64,000 nucleotides of DNA. Source: Heterodontus francisci (lineage: Eukaryota). This document shows positions 13,520-26,470 of the stretch, in pieces. Below the pieces are notes generated by a model. That model saw nothing but the letters and a program-made list of their open reading frames with translations, had not been told where the DNA came from and searched no databases. Location of the stretch: the NCBI RefSeq assembly GCF_036365525.1, contig NC_090374.1, forward strand, positions 174,654,924 to 174,718,923, in the 5' to 3' direction. Position 1 is the first letter of the stretch; the number at the start of each line of letters is the position of its first letter. Position numbers and translations under genes: made by a program.

Positions 13520-14602
13520 GCCTACCTGTCCCCTTTTGATCTCGGCAGGGGTCCCTTATAGTTCACCAGTCCTCTGCTGCAGGGTCCTCCAAACAAAGAT
13601 ACAGGATTTAGGGGTGCAGTTTTCCCCATAGGTTGGGGTCTCCCCTCAATCTGGCACATGTGACAACTCTTACAGTACTCCACCACATCTTTGTGGAGTT
13701 TTGGTCAGTCAAACTTCTGTCTCATGCAGGCTTTGGCTTTTCGTATACCAACATGTACAGCCACTGGAATCTAATGGGCCATTCTCTCCGGCACCACTAA
13801 CTGGTGAACCACTGTCCACTCCTTGCTCTCAGGTCTGTGAGGAGAACTCCATTTCCTCATCAATACCTCATTCTTTAAATAGTAGCAATCAGGGACTCCC
13901 TTTGCTTCAATTTCAGACTGGACAGCCTGTGCTAACTCTCTCAATACTGGGTCAGCTCGCTGAGCCTCAGCTTGGGAAAATCCATTTAATTCATTCCCTG
14001 GGTCTTCTAACTTTCCAAAGAAAGTCTCAGACAGACAGACCTCATGGTCATCTGCCTGCAGTGCCAATTCAGTCTCCTCTGGGCGAGCTGGTTTGATCAT
14101 GGCCTCACTCATTACACATTCAGGGAAACTGCAGGGAACCATCTCCTGCCACTACCCTGCCTCTCTGACCTCCTGCGGTCTCTTTTTCACTAGCGGGGAA
14201 GCTACTACCTTCATCCCCACCAGATCATTATCTAGGAGCAGGACAACCCCATCCACAGGCAAACTATGGGCTAGCCTACAGTCACCGGTTCCGAAACTAG
14301 GTGGCACTCCAAGTGCACTGGTGTACAGGTACAGGCATACACTGCCCTCCAATATCATTCACCACCATTTTGGTGTTCTCTGCACTCTCTAGGGGAAAGG
14401 TCAGGCCTTTTCCCAGTAAAAGAGATCTAGTGGCCCCTGTGTCCCTGAGGATTACTATGGGCTTGCTGGCCCCACTTGAGGGGTATGGATTTACACTCCC
14501 TTCAGACACAAAACCCTGATAACCTTCAGGAATCCTATTAAACTTTCCTGCATTTGCAGCAGTAGGCTTCCTGGGTCTGACTCTTACTGCAGTTAAAGGC
14601 AC
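13520..14602 (-). pseudogene. Aspartic protease followed directly by integrase zinc-binding region and start of IN core (degenerate)
   Basis: ILRDTGATRSLL protease motif; QLVVP..MAH / HVGI.K..W-position stop-PKLHKDVVEYCKSCHMCQ; then APLNP..GPLP. No RT or RNase H motifs seen. Confidence 0.8.
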
Positions 14603-14608
14603 AGCTTG

Positions 14609-15881
14609 TTATGCTGTGTTTTCCATCACGGTCCCTTCTCCTTCACTGAGCGGGTGTGCCCTGATTAACCTTACAGATTTTCCCTTTAGTTTCCAGCAGT
14701 CAGCTCTTATATGCCCTGCTTTATTACAATGGAAGCACACAGGTCTCCGGGTCTCACTCCTACTTACAGCCCCTTCCTTTTTGGCTGGACGAAGGCCCCC
14801 TGTGTCTTCTGCTTTTCCTTCTCTCCCAGGACTACTTGGGCTCCTATCACCTTCCCAACCTTTGTCCTTTTCGGATTTGTGGGGGCGACTAGGAAAGGTT
14901 TTCCCCTGGGAAACCGACTTATAAATGAGAGAAAACTCATCGGCCAGGACTGCTGCCTGCTGGGCTCTAGGAACCTTCTGTTCCTCTACATGTGTCTTTA
15001 TGGAAAGCAGGAGAGAGTTTTTAAATTCCTCTAGCAAAATTACTTCTGAGATTTTCATAGCTGAGCTGTACTTTAAGAGCCCTCAGCCACTGGTCAAAAT
15101 ACAGTCGCTTATTTCTCTCAAACCCCAGGTAAGTTTGATCAGCTTGCTTCTTGTGGGTTCTAAACTTTTGACGATAGGCTTCCTGTACTAACTCATATGC
15201 CCCGAGGATAACATTTTTTGTCAGTTCATAATCTGATGAACTCTCATCTGACAACATGCAACAAGAGAGTCCAAGACTCAGCTGGCCACTTAACTGCCTT
15301 GCCAGTTTTTCAAAAGACACAAAAAATGCTTCCACATCTCCCTTATTGAATTTTTTGATCAGTTGGGAATATTTTAGCAATCCGGTACTCAGCCCTGAAT
15401 TGTGCTCCTCCATATTGGCCATGCTTTCTCTGGGGTTACTCTGTTGCCCCCTAGTTAACCCAAGTTGCCTCAGCTCTCTCTCTCTTCGCATTCTTTCTGG
15501 AAGGTTCTTTTTCTTTCTCTCTCCTGTCTCTTCCTTTCTCTTCTCTCTCTCTTTCTTCACGTTCCTTCTGGAAGGCTCTTTCTTTCTCTCTCTCTCTCTT
15601 TCCTCAAATTCAAGTTTCTTCTGTTCTAATTGTATCTTTACTAGCAATACCCTGTCGGGGTCTACTTCGAACCCTGTTTCTGCTTCTTCAGGTTCAAGGG
15701 AAAAATGGTTGGCCACTAGTCTTAGGAGTTCAGACTTCCTAGCCTTGCCACGTACAGTGATCCCACACTGCTCAGCCATTTTCCTCAACTTCTCCATTGA
15801 CAGTGCTTTTAACTTATCCCAAGTTACTTCACCCTGGCTTTGGGAGCTCCAAGCTTCAGTCGCAGACATGTTAGTATTCAA
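14609..15881 (-). pseudogene. Gag (frameshifted): N-terminal SAP/Rho-N-like helix pair, coiled coil, SCAN-like capsid region, CCHC zinc knuckle
   Basis: DVEAFFVSFEKLA; YELVQEAYRQKFR; ILLEEFKNSL..IKTHVEE..AAVLADEF; CFHCNKAGHIRADC. The domain names are inferred from these motifs. Confidence 0.85.
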
Positions 15882-16455
15882 TCACACACACATCCTCAAG
15901 AAAACCTGTATTGAAATCTTTTCTCTTTTTTGATTGGGAACAATTTGGCTTCCCACTTCCAATTTCTCCTTTGTCTGTGAGTCGAATCTCGGATGCTAGC
16001 CCCCAAATTTCTGTTACGACCAGGTGAGAGGGGGGTCTAGGGGTTCCCTTTCAGCCTTAGCCTGGTTTAACCGTAGCAGGGTTTAATTTTAGAAACACTG
16101 TTTTTAGCTCCCCCTCAGGTGAATCCTTGTTCACTGCTCTAATTATAAGGCAAAAAAATTGGGCAGGTTTCCTTAGATTTAAACAAGAAAGGTAGAAGTT
16201 TATTCATCTTAAACTCTAATCCGGCTAATGACTACGAATATGCGACGCGACCACGCTAGCATGCATACACGATAAACACACACGCAGATAGAGACAGATA
16301 AAGTAAAAAAGAATAAAGGGGAAAAGTTTGAGGCAATATCTGGTTTGTTACAGTCCTTTAAGTTCAAAGTGGAGTCTTTGGTTGCCGGTAAGTCTTGCAA
16401 TTCGTTGGGGCCCAGTTCACGCTTCAACTTGTACTGATGTAGGAGTGAGAAAGAG

Positions 16456-16806
16456 TAAAGGCCTGCGCGGGTCGGCAAATGAGACCCAACCCGAGCCCAA
16501 CAGAACCCCATTCGACCCCGACCCAGCTCGAGTCCTTCCATTTTTTCCCCGCGCCCGGCCTGACCATCAGTTAACCTACCTTCCGTTTTTCACTTTGTTC
16601 CTTACCTGTACAAGCTTAAAATAACTGTAACAAAACCACCTTTAAAGTCCAAAAAGTAAATTAACATTAGAGTCATTTACCAGAGGTGGTGATAGAGCGT
16701 GTCCGATCCAGCCCGACCCGACCCGAGTCCGAATGCCGGACCCGGAAGTGCGACCCGACCCAAACCCTACACATGTCATCGGGTCCCGTTGGGTAGCAGA
16801 CCTTTA
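16456..16806. mobile_element. hAT-like MITE
   Basis: TIRs TAAAGGCCTGC / GCAGACCTTTA; 8-bp TSD AGAAAGAG/AGAGAGAG (7/8); subterminal ACCCG repeats. Confidence 0.8.
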
Positions 16807-17350
16807 AGAGAGAGACCCAGAGAGAGATAGAAGAGAAACAACATCCAGCAGCTTGTTTTCCAGCAAACCAGAAGGCACGTGCCCTGCTGTAGAATCCTAC
16901 ATCTACACTAGACAGCAGTGAACTAGAAGTGATCCATCGTCTTCAACTGAATTTTCAATCAAGAGAGAAATCTACAATCATCTCAGGCCTGCACCAAATG
17001 GAAACTTGATTTCCAAGAGAATTCAACAGTTTTATTGTGACCTCCCCCACCACTAAAATCACTTTCCCCTTTTTCCTTCTCTATCTGTCTCTTCTTGTGT
17101 GTGTGTCTGCGCATGCACACGTGCAAATGAATACGTGGGTGGATGCAATTGCAACAATTTCGTGATAAGGCTAGTTGAACAATAAATAAGTGATTTTCTG
17201 TTTTTAAACCTACATGAAAATCTGTCCCTGTCTGGTTATTTGAAAAATTAAACACCAAAGCGGTTAAGCCCTAACAACCAAACACACTTGCTGCAGTCAG
17301 GTGTGGAGTTGAACAGTGGGAACCGCCTACATCTCACCACGTGGCCAAGC
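16807..17350 (+). mobile_element. Fragment of a different LTR family (3' portion)
   Basis: LTR-like layout: TG-rich stretch, AATAAA, and tttaaaccta..gaaa..ctgt block resembling the other LTRs. Termini not resolved. Confidence 0.45.
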
Positions 17351-18374
17351 AGAGGGAAGTCAAATAAAGAGTCACTGGGGATATTGGGTCAATTTTTGGA
17401 TTGAAAGCAGGAGTACATAAATCAAGCAAAAAACAAAATGGGCAAACACATATCCCTTATTGCCCTAAACCAGGGCAGTCGTTCAGGTATAGAAAGGGCA
17501 CTTGATACACATCTGTATCAACAAGGTGTCTCTGTATCAACCACTATTGTGGATTCTTTGAGTTTTGTGTGTTTTGTAGTACCCATTAGGATCTAGCTTC
17601 CCAAATATATTTCTCCAAAGTACATCTTGGAATGCAAAGTTGGCAGGAGTATGCTACACTGAATCAGTGTTTCTCCATTGTAGCCCATCACCCACAAGAA
17701 TATATTTACATTGTCAAATGTCAAGGCAAAACATCTTATGAACATAAATGGCATACCATGGAATATTGGCCATTGAAAGAGGAGGTTGGGACAGCTTAGC
17801 AAAATGTTTTTTTGCATTTTTCCATCAATATTTATTCGTAATTTCTCCCTCGTGGATGACATCTCTGGCAACGTTCTTGTTCCATTAATATCACACCATC
17901 TGAGGAAGCTGTCAAAGCTCAATGGCTCAGGCCCCTTGACAAATAGCTGTTGCTGCATATTCGACCTGAATCTCTGCTCTCTCAAAGTAATGTTCCTTGT
18001 GACAAATATAGTCAGTGAAGCACTGAATTATCACTGTCATTCCAAGGCCTCCAACAATAATTTTGTTTTCATACATTAACCAGCAAATTAATATTCACAA
18101 ACAGGCTACCCCTCCGTGCCTGATTTGGTTTAGTTAGGAAGGCCTCAATTTTTAGCTTTTCTGAGTTTTTCTCTCCCCAGCCCCGCTACTTTTTCACATT
18201 AGTCTTTCATAAAGCAGGGTTTAGGCTAGCTCCTTACAACTCACAAAGACTTCTTTGACAAATATATGACCTCCACTACCTAGAAAGACAAGGACACCAG
18301 GTGCAAGGGAACACCGCCACCTCCAAGTTCCCATGTAAAGCACACACCATCCTGACTTGGACATATAATTCTAG

Positions 18375-18570
18375 AAAGAATGAACTTGCAGTTATGTAGT
18401 GCCCTCAGCACATCCCAAAGCACTCTACAGCCAATTAAGTACTTTCCTGAGGTTCAGCCACTGTTATAACATAGGAAATGCAGCAGCCAATTTGCACACA
18501 GCAAGATCCCACAGCAATGGGATAATGACCATATAATCTGTTTTTGTGATATTGGTTGAGGGATAAATAT
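18375..18570 (-). mobile_element. Deu-domain SINE 3' half
   Basis: Tail and core motifs. Confidence 0.7.
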
Positions 18571-18804
18571 TCTGAGCGCACACAACAACCGAAGGTGGTT
18601 ACAGGAACCCCTTCACTAAAGAATGAAATTGGCAGGTGCAACATACTCCAAAGAACGCTGTACCTGTCAAGGCCTCTTTGTACCTCAGGCAACATGATGG
18701 AAGGGAAGTACCTAACATACAGATCTCAGCCCCCGTTCCTCTCCATAGTGTCTAAGAGCTGAACAATACCCAATCACTTCTCAAAGGAAAGAAAGACTTG
18801 CATT

Positions 18805-19728
18805 TGTCATGCTAGACCCCCACCTGCCAAGAATGAGGCATATTAATTTCCCCATATGGACATTAAATTTCAAACTGTTGCTGAAGTGAAGAAAGGACTT
18901 GTTAAAAAATCACCAGACCCTTGGCTGGAAAACATTTTTGCGTAACAACAGCTAGTGCTTGGAAGGACAAAGGGGCTATTCCCTGCTCCAATTTAACCCA
19001 CAATGGACTTTGAGCACCAGGTATTGTGTGTAACAAGAGACATTCCCTGGTCGGCTAAGACCAGAGAATCCACAAACAGACGTGGTCAGACCAGCTAGTC
19101 ACATGATTAACCTGTTTGGCAACATGGGTTTTTCTGAATTGTACAAACAGTTTGAACTCAGAGTGTCTGTTTGCTCCTGGACTGAAAAGACCTCTCCTGG
19201 TTGGCTCACCACAGCCTCTCCTGTCTGCTCCCATCTCTTTCTCCCGGAACTCCCAATCCACTGAAGACACATGAACCCCATGAGAGAAAAGTCTCCTACA
19301 GCGAACAAGGTTTAAGAAGAATACTGGGCCCCAACGAAAATCAAGATGTACCTACAATCAAGGACTCTACAGTGAGCTCAAAGATCCGTAACAAAAACCC
19401 TCTTCAGAGGGTTTCCACTTTATTTCTTCTGCTCTGCTCTGTCTCTGTCTGCATGTGTGGATCACGTATGCATGCTAGCGTGGGTGCGTCGTGTATCCGT
19501 AGGCGTTAACTGAATTAGAGTTTAAGTTTAATCAATTTCAACCTTTCTTCTTTAAACCTAATAAAACCTGTTTGTGCTGGTTTATTTGCCTTATAATTGG
19601 AAAGCAGTAAACAAGGATTCATAAGGGGGAGCTAAAAGCACGTTGTGTTTAAAATTAAACCCGGTTATGGCAAGACCAGGTGAAGGGTGAGAGGGAACCC
19701 TAGACCTCTTTCTCACCTGGTCGTAACA
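18805..19728 (+). mobile_element. Solo LTR, same broad family as 3151-3903 and 11853-12765
   Basis: tgtcatg...gtcgtaaca termini; TSD CATT/CATA (3/4); inserted in a SINE tail (gacttgcatt|..|catagc). Confidence 0.88.
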
Positions 19729-20065
19729 CATAGCCCCTTTCATAAATGCACTGAAAGGCAGTGACGTCTTTTCGAAGGCTGTTGTAATGTAGGAAATGTG
19801 GCAGCCAATTTGTACACAGCAAGGTTAATAATATAAGGAATTTTTTTTAATATATCGAGAAGAAAATAGGTTTCAGAGTTCTCGATGCTTTGATTTAGAT
19901 ATGAAAGAGTGTTGTTATTTTCGTGTCACACTGGCTGAATATTACAAGAACATGATTTATATGGCAGGATTTTCCCATGACAGTTAATATGCACAGGACT
20001 GCTGGTAGCTAAATCCTGGCTGTGGCAATTTGGAAATACAGAGGAAAAACAATTCCAACAGAGTA

Positions 20066-20137
20066 CATGTGTGTGTGTATATATATATATAATATATATA
20101 TATATACACACACATGCATAATATATATATATATATA
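20066..20137. repeat. Compound (TG)n(TA)n(CA)n microsatellite, near-palindromic
   Basis: catgtgtgtgtgtata...tatacacacacatg. Confidence 0.9.
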
Positions 20138-20149
20138 GCTATATCTTGA

Positions 20150-20650
20150 GTAGTGTGCCTCCAGTTCTGGGCTTTAGGATGTCAAGGCCTTGGACAGGGA
20201 ACAGAGGAGGTTTACCAGGATGATACCAGGGATGAAGGAGTTCAGTTATATGAACAGACTGGAGAAACTGGGATTGTTCCCCTGAAGGCAGAGAAGATTA
20301 AAGGAAGGTTTCATGGAGGTGTTGAAAATCATGAAAGGCTTTGATAGAGCAAATCCTCTCGCAAATCTCTGGTTGGTAACCAGAGATCACAGATGTAAAA
20401 TAATTGGAAAAAGAACTAGAGGGGAAATGAGGTGAAATTTCTTCACACAGAGGGCAGTTAAGATCTGGAACACACTACCTGAAAGAGTGGTGGAATCAGA
20501 ATCTATAGAAACTTTCAAAAGGCTTGAATTTGCAGGGTTATGGGGAAAAAGCAGGGGTGTGGGACTAATTGGATAGCTCTTTCAATGAGCTGGCACAGCA
20601 CGACAGGCTGAATGGCAGACTTTTGTGCTATAAGATCCAAGATTCTTTCA
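20150..20650 (+). mobile_element. CR1 LINE 3' fragment
   Basis: QFW..QRRFTRMIPG-like coding remnant and CR1 tail. Confidence 0.8.
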
Positions 20651-21485
20651 TTCTTGAGACACGACAGTAGCAATCCCTTGGTTGATTAACATAATCCCCT
20701 ATCTTAGCTCGTATCGATGTATTGTGACATTTTCCAAAAAGACAGTGATTGTTGTGTATAATTTCCTGCAGCTCTTCCAAGAAAATACCAATTGGAAATT
20801 AATATCTCGACAGATATTTGTCCTGTTGGTACTTCTGCTGTTAGCATCAGACGTTATTGGTTTTATTCCCTTTGTGAGCTGTTGTTAGGGTTTGTTACAG
20901 GACGCTCACTAATTGAAATAGAACCCTCAGTGAGAGGATTGATGTGTACTCTCAAATTCTGCCATGGGTTTAACTCCAGTAATCAGCAACAGGAACAGTC
21001 TTGGATGTGAAAGCTTGGGAGGTTGAAAGATTTTTTGGCAAAGAAACCTCAGTGTTTACTTTGGCATACCAGCCCTGGAATGAATATCCAAGTTCTAATT
21101 TGATGAAAAAAGAATTGCAGGGTTCTGGGGAAAGAGCAGGAGGGGTGGAACTAACTGGATGTTTCCTTCAAAGAGTCAGCACAGGCTCCAATGGGCTGAA
21201 TAGCCTCCTTCTATGCTGTGGCTCAATGAGTAGCATTCTCTCCACTGAGTCAAAAGGTTGTGGGTTTAAGTCCCATTCCAGCAGACCTGAGCATAAAAAC
21301 TAGGCTGACACTCCATTGCCAGTAGTGAGGGACAGCTGCACTGTCAGAGGCGCTGTCTTAACATTAAACTGAGGCCCTGACTGCTGTCTCGGGTGGATGT
21401 AAAAGTTTTCATGTCACTATTTCAAAGAAGAGCTGGGAAGCTCACCTTGTTTTTCTGGTCCTCAAATCAGCATCAGTGAAACAGA

Positions 21486-22097
21486 GGGCTGTATTTTGTG
21501 CTGGAGACAAGGCTTCTGGCACTGGGTCAAAAAGGCGGGGGGAACCCCACATCTGCCTTTTCATGACCCTCTGGAGAGATCCTCTAGTCTTTTTGAATCA
21601 AAGTTTCAGGAGGCTGGATACCCGTCCCTTTAAAGACGGGGATCCCGCCTCCAAGAGCTGCCGGCCAATCAGAGAGCTGGCAGCTCATCAGGATAGGCAG
21701 CGCCCCATGAGCAGTACAGTGGGAGGGGAGGGTCCCAGGGGGCAAAGTTGTTCTCGGTGGGGGTCCACTGTGGGCCACAAATCGCCCACAAAGGAGGCAC
21801 CCCACCCCCAAGCCCGCAGAGAGGGTGCCTTGTTTTACAAGGCGACACCCTCCCCAACCCCGCCGCAGATAAGATCCCAGCAGCGGCGGGAAGAGGCCCT
21901 CAATTGGCTGTTATTAGGCCACTTAAGGGCCTCAATTGGCTTCTGGGCGGGAAGGCCGCTGTCGGCCTATCCCACGCCCTGGAAGATCGCTGGGTGACAG
22001 GGAGGCGATGGGCCCTCCGCCCCGCTGCTACCCGTCGCTATACTCCATGCACCAACCCCCACCCCCCCACCTCAGGGGGCCTGAGAAAATCCTGGAC
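21486..22097. mobile_element. GC-rich Harbinger-like MITE
   Basis: Degenerate TIRs GGGCTGTATTTT / AAAATCCTGGAC; 3-bp TSD AGA. Shares internal motifs with 58049-58797. Confidence 0.65.
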
Positions 22098-22218
22098 AGA
22101 GTATCTAATTATTATCTCATTGCTGTTTATAGGAACTTGCTCAGTGCAAATTGACTGTTGCAGGTCCTATATTAGAACAGTGACTACACTTCAAATGTAC
22201 TTCATTGACTGTAAAACT

Positions 22219-24044
22219 TAAGGTTGAGGAAGCAAGGATCAGACAGGGCTCTAGAGGGTTACAAGGTAGCCAGGAAGGAACTGAAGAATGGACTTAGGAG
22301 AGCTAGAAGGGGAAATGAAAAAGTCTTGGCGGGTAGGATTAAGGAAAATCCCAAGACGTTCTACACTTATGTGAGGAACAAGAGGATGGCCAGAGTGAGG
22401 GTAGGGCCGATCAGGGATAGTGGAGGGAACTTGTGCCTGGAGTCGGAGGAGGTAGGGGAGATCCTAAATGAATACTTTGCTTCAGTATTCACTAGTGAGA
22501 GGGACCTGGTCGTTTGTGAGGACAGCGTGGAACAGGCTGATATGCTCGAACAGGTTGATGTTAAGAGGGAGGATGTGCTGGAAATTTTGAAAGACATGAG
22601 GCCGCGCCTTTGGCGATGATCTTTGTGTCTTCACTGTCCACTGGAGTAGTACCAGATGATTGGAGGGTGGCAAATGTTATTCCCTTGTTCAAGAAAGGGA
22701 ATAGGGATAACCCTGGGAATTATAGACCAGTCAGTCTTACGTCAGTAGTGGGCAAATTATTGGAGAGGATTCTGAGACACAGGATTTATGATTATTTGAA
22801 AAAGCATAGTTTGATTAGAGATAGTCAGCATGGGTTTGTGAGGGGCTTTGAAGATGTGACAAAACACATTGATGAAGGAAGAGCAGTGGATGTGGTGTAT
22901 ATGGATTTTAGCAAGGTGTTTGATAAGGTAGGCTCATTCAGAAAGTAAGGAGGCATGGGATACAGGGAAAGTTGGCTGTCTGGATACAGAATTGGCTGGC
23001 CCATAGAGGGTGGTAGTAGATGGAAAGTATTCAGCATGGAGCTCAGTGACCAGTGGTGTTCCACAAGGATCTGTTCTGGGACCTCTGCTCTTTGTGATTT
23101 TTATAAATGACTTGGATGAGGAAGTGGAAGGCTGGGCTAGCAAGTTTGCCGATGACATGAAGGTTGCTGGAGTTGTGGATAGTGTGGAAGGCTGTTGTAG
23201 GTTGCAACAGGACATTGGCAGGATGCAGAGCTGGGCTGAGAAGTGGCAGATGGAGTTCAACCTGGAAAAGTGTGAAGTGATTCATTTTGGAAGGTCGAAT
23301 TTGAATGCAGAATACAGGCTTAAAGCCAGGATTCTTGGTAGTGTGGAGGAACAGAGGGATCTTGGGGTCCATGTCCATAGATCGCTCAAAGTTGCCACCC
23401 AAGTTGATAGGGTTGTTAAGAAGGCGTATGGTGTGTTGGCTTTCATTAGCAGGGGGATTGAGTTTAAGAGCCGTGAGGTTATGCTGCAGCTCTATAAAGC
23501 CCTGGTTAGACCACACTTGGAATATTGTGTTCAGTTCTGGTCGCCTCATTATAGGAAGGATGTGGAAGCGTTAGAGAGGGTGCAGAGGAGATTTACCAGG
23601 ATGCTGCCTGGACTGGAGGGCATGTCTTACGAGGAAAGGTTGAGGGAGCTAGGGCTTTTCTCATTGGAGCGAAGAAGGATGAGAGGTGACTTGAGAGAGG
23701 GGTACAAGATGATGAGAGGCATAGATACAGTGGATAGCCAGATACTTTTTCCCAGGGCGGAAAGGGCTATCACCAGGGGGTATAATTTTAAGGTGATTGG
23801 AGGAAGGTTTCGGGGTGATGTCAGAGGTAGGTTCTTTACACAGAGAGTAGTGGGTGCGTGGAATGCACTGCCAGCGGTGGTCGTAGAAGCAGATACATTA
23901 GGGACATTTAAGCGACTCTTGGATAGGTACATGGATGATAGTAGAATGAAGGGTATGTAGGTAGTTTGATCTTAGAGTAGGTTAAAGGTTCGGCACAACA
24001 TCGTGGGCCGAAGGGCCTGTACTGTGCTGTACTGTTCTATGTTC
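22219..24044 (+). mobile_element. CR1 LINE (HER1-like), 5'-truncated; RT region open 23010-23960
   Basis: NYRPVSLTS, YMDFSK, SGVPQGSVLGPLLF, FADD; tail gggccgaagggcctgt..ttctatgttc. Confidence 0.95.
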
Positions 24045-24317
24045 TTTGGGATGTCCTGAGGTCACAAAATGTGCTATATAAATGCAAGTCTTCCTTACTC
24101 ATGTTAAGGCAACATCCATAACTTTTGTTACTTGGATTGCAGCACAAATAGAGGTTGGAATTGGGACCTTCAATGATAGGGTAGTGTACAACTTTGTTTG
24201 CAGATTCCATTTCACTATCATTTTTATATTCTTGTGATATTTTAATATTTCTTTGAGTGTTCTACTTACTAGGCTGAATGTGGAATCTAATGATACAGAT
24301 CAGTTTCTATTCAGACC

Positions 24318-24648
24318 CTTGTTTTCAAATCCTTCCATGGCATTGCCCCTCGCTATCTCTGTAATCTCCTTTAGTCTTATAGCCCCCTGACGTCTCTGCG
24401 CTGCTCCAATTCTGGCTTCTTGAGCATCCCTGATTTTAATCACTTTAGCTGCCTAGACCTTAAGCTCTGGAATTCCCTCCCTAAACCTCTCTCTCCTCCT
24501 TTGAAATGGTCCTTAAAACCTACCTCTTTAATCAAGCTTTTGATCACCTGCCCTAACATCTCCTTATGTGGCTTGGTGTCAATTTTTGTAAGATAATTGG
24601 GACGTTTCATTACTTCAAAGTTGCTATATAAATGCAAGTTGTTGTTGT
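24318..24648 (+). mobile_element. L2 LINE 3' end
   Basis: VFKSFHG.AP.YL-type coding remnant; tail gctatataaatgcaagttgttgttg. Confidence 0.75.
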
Positions 24649-24719
24649 AAATTTAAAAAGCCCAACGATGTAAAAGATATCAGTCATAGAAACAGAAATA
24701 ATCGTATGTTTCCATCTCG

Positions 24720-26043
24720 TCTAATGGCTTGTGGAAGGTGCAAGTTAGTTAAGGAAAGCCAGCATGGATTTCATAAGGGAAAATTATGTTTAACTAATTT
24801 GCTGGAGTTTTTTGAGGAGGTAACAGAGAGGGTTGATCAGGGCATTGTTGTTGATGTGATGTACGTGGACTTCCAAAAGGCATTTGATACAGTGCCACAC
24901 AACAGACTTGTGAGTAAACTTGTAGCTCATGCAATAAAAGGGACAGTAGCAACATGGATACGAAATTGGCTGAGTGACAGGAAACAAAGAGTAGTAGTTA
25001 ATGGATGTTTTTTGGGCTGGAAGAAGGTTTGTAGTGGAGTTCCCCAGGAATCAGTGTTGGGACCCTTGCTTTTCCTGATATATATTAATGACCTAGAACT
25101 TGGTGTACAGGGCACAGTTTCAAAGTTTGCAGATGATATGAAACTTGGAATCATTATGAACTGTGAGGAGGATAGTGTAGAACTTCAAAAAGGACACAGA
25201 CAAGTTGGTGGAATGGGCAGACAGGTGGCAGATGAAGTTTAATGCAGAGAACTGTGAAGTGATTCATTTTGGTAGGAAGAACATGGAGAGACAATATAGA
25301 ATAAAGAGTACAATTCTAAAGTGGGTGCAGGAGCAGAGGGACCTAGCTGTATATGTGCATAAGTCATTGAAGGTGGCAGGACGGGTTGAGAGAGCGGTTA
25401 ATAAAGCATACAGAATCCTGGGCTTTATTAATAGGGGCAATAGAGTACAAGAGCAAGGAAGTTATGTTGAACTTGTATAAGACACTAGTTTGGCCTCAGC
25501 TGGAGTATTGCGTCCAATCTGAGCGCTGCACTTGAGGAAAGACATGAGGGCATTGGAGAGAGTGCAGAAAGGATTCACGAGAATGGTCCCAGGGATGAGG
25601 AAATTCAATTATGAAGATAGATTGGAGAAGTTAGGACTGTTTTCCTTGAAAAGGTGGCTGAGAGGTGATTTGATAGAGGTATTCAAAATCATGAAGGGCC
25701 TGGACAGAGTAGATAGAGAAACTGTCCCTACTTGTGAAAGGATCGAGAACCAGAGGGCACAGATTTAAAGTATTTGGTAACGGAAGCAGAAGTAACATGA
25801 GGAAAAACTTTTTCACACAGCGAGTGGTTAAGGTCTGGAATGCTCTGCCTGAGAGTGTGGTGGCGGCAGGTTCAATTGAAGCATTCAAAAGGGAATTAGA
25901 CAGTCATATGGAAAGGAAGAATGTGCAGGGTTATGGGGAGAAGGCAGGGGAATGGAACTGAGGGAGTTGCTCTTTCAGAGAGCTGGTGCAGACACGATGG
26001 GCCGAATGGCCCCCTTCTGTGCTGTAACAATTCTGTGATTCTG
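24720..26043 (+). mobile_element. CR1 LINE, 5'-truncated, frameshifted RT
   Basis: SQHGF, YVDFQKAFD, SGVPQ.SVLGPLLF, FADD; CR1 tail. Confidence 0.92.
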
Positions 26044-26074
26044 TTATTAGGTGGGAAAAGAGCATTGTAACAGG

Positions 26075-26470
26075 AGGCAAAGGGAAGATTTAATAAAGGT
26101 GTACAAAATTATGAACGCTTCTGATACAGTAGATGGGGAGAAACTATTGCGAGTGATAGGAAGGTCGGTAACCAGAGGGCACAGATAACTGGCAAAGGAA
26201 CAAGAAGGGAGATGAGGAGAAACTGTTCTTACACAGTGAGTTGTTGTGAGCACATTCAGGAATGTGCTGCCTGAAAGGGTGGTGGGAGCAGATTCAATAG
26301 TAACTTTCAAAAGGGAATTGGATAAATACTTGAAAAGGAAAAAAAGTTGCAGGGTTATGGGGAAAGAACAGATGAGTGGCACTAATTGGTAACTCTTTCA
26401 AAGAGCTGGCAGGGGCATGATGGACCAAATGACCTCCTTCAGTGCTGTATCATTCTATGATCCTATGAAT
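26075..26470 (+). mobile_element. CR1 LINE 3' fragment
   Basis: ORF2 C-terminus remnant and ttctatga tail repeats. Confidence 0.75.

Larger units (their letters stand above)
11853..16446 (-). mobile_element. Gmr1-type Ty3/Gypsy LTR retrotransposon, internally deleted; 3' LTR 11853-12765, truncated 5' LTR 16012-16446
   Basis: Direct-repeat LTRs starting tgtta(t/c)gacc. PBS similar to tRNA-Pro (tgggggct..tccg.gat) at ~15985-16005. PPT-like gggtgtggaga at 12766-12776. Order is gag, protease, then integrase HHCC. Confidence 0.92.
21215..24095 (+). mobile_element. Deu-domain SINE split by a MITE and a CR1
   Basis: Head at 21215-21485, core resumes at 22098-22218, tail resumes at 24045-24095. Confidence 0.8.

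Noticed and set aside
15256-15933. 225-aa plus-strand ORF
   Set aside because: Antisense shadow of the purine-rich gag region.
16480-16790. Spaced ACCCG repeats superficially like a CRISPR or iteron array
   Set aside because: Subterminal motifs of a hAT-like MITE in eukaryotic DNA; no regular repeat-spacer periodicity.
17593-18079. 130-aa and 97-aa ORFs in non-repeat DNA
   Set aside because: No recognisable homology or coherent exon structure; needs a blastx search.
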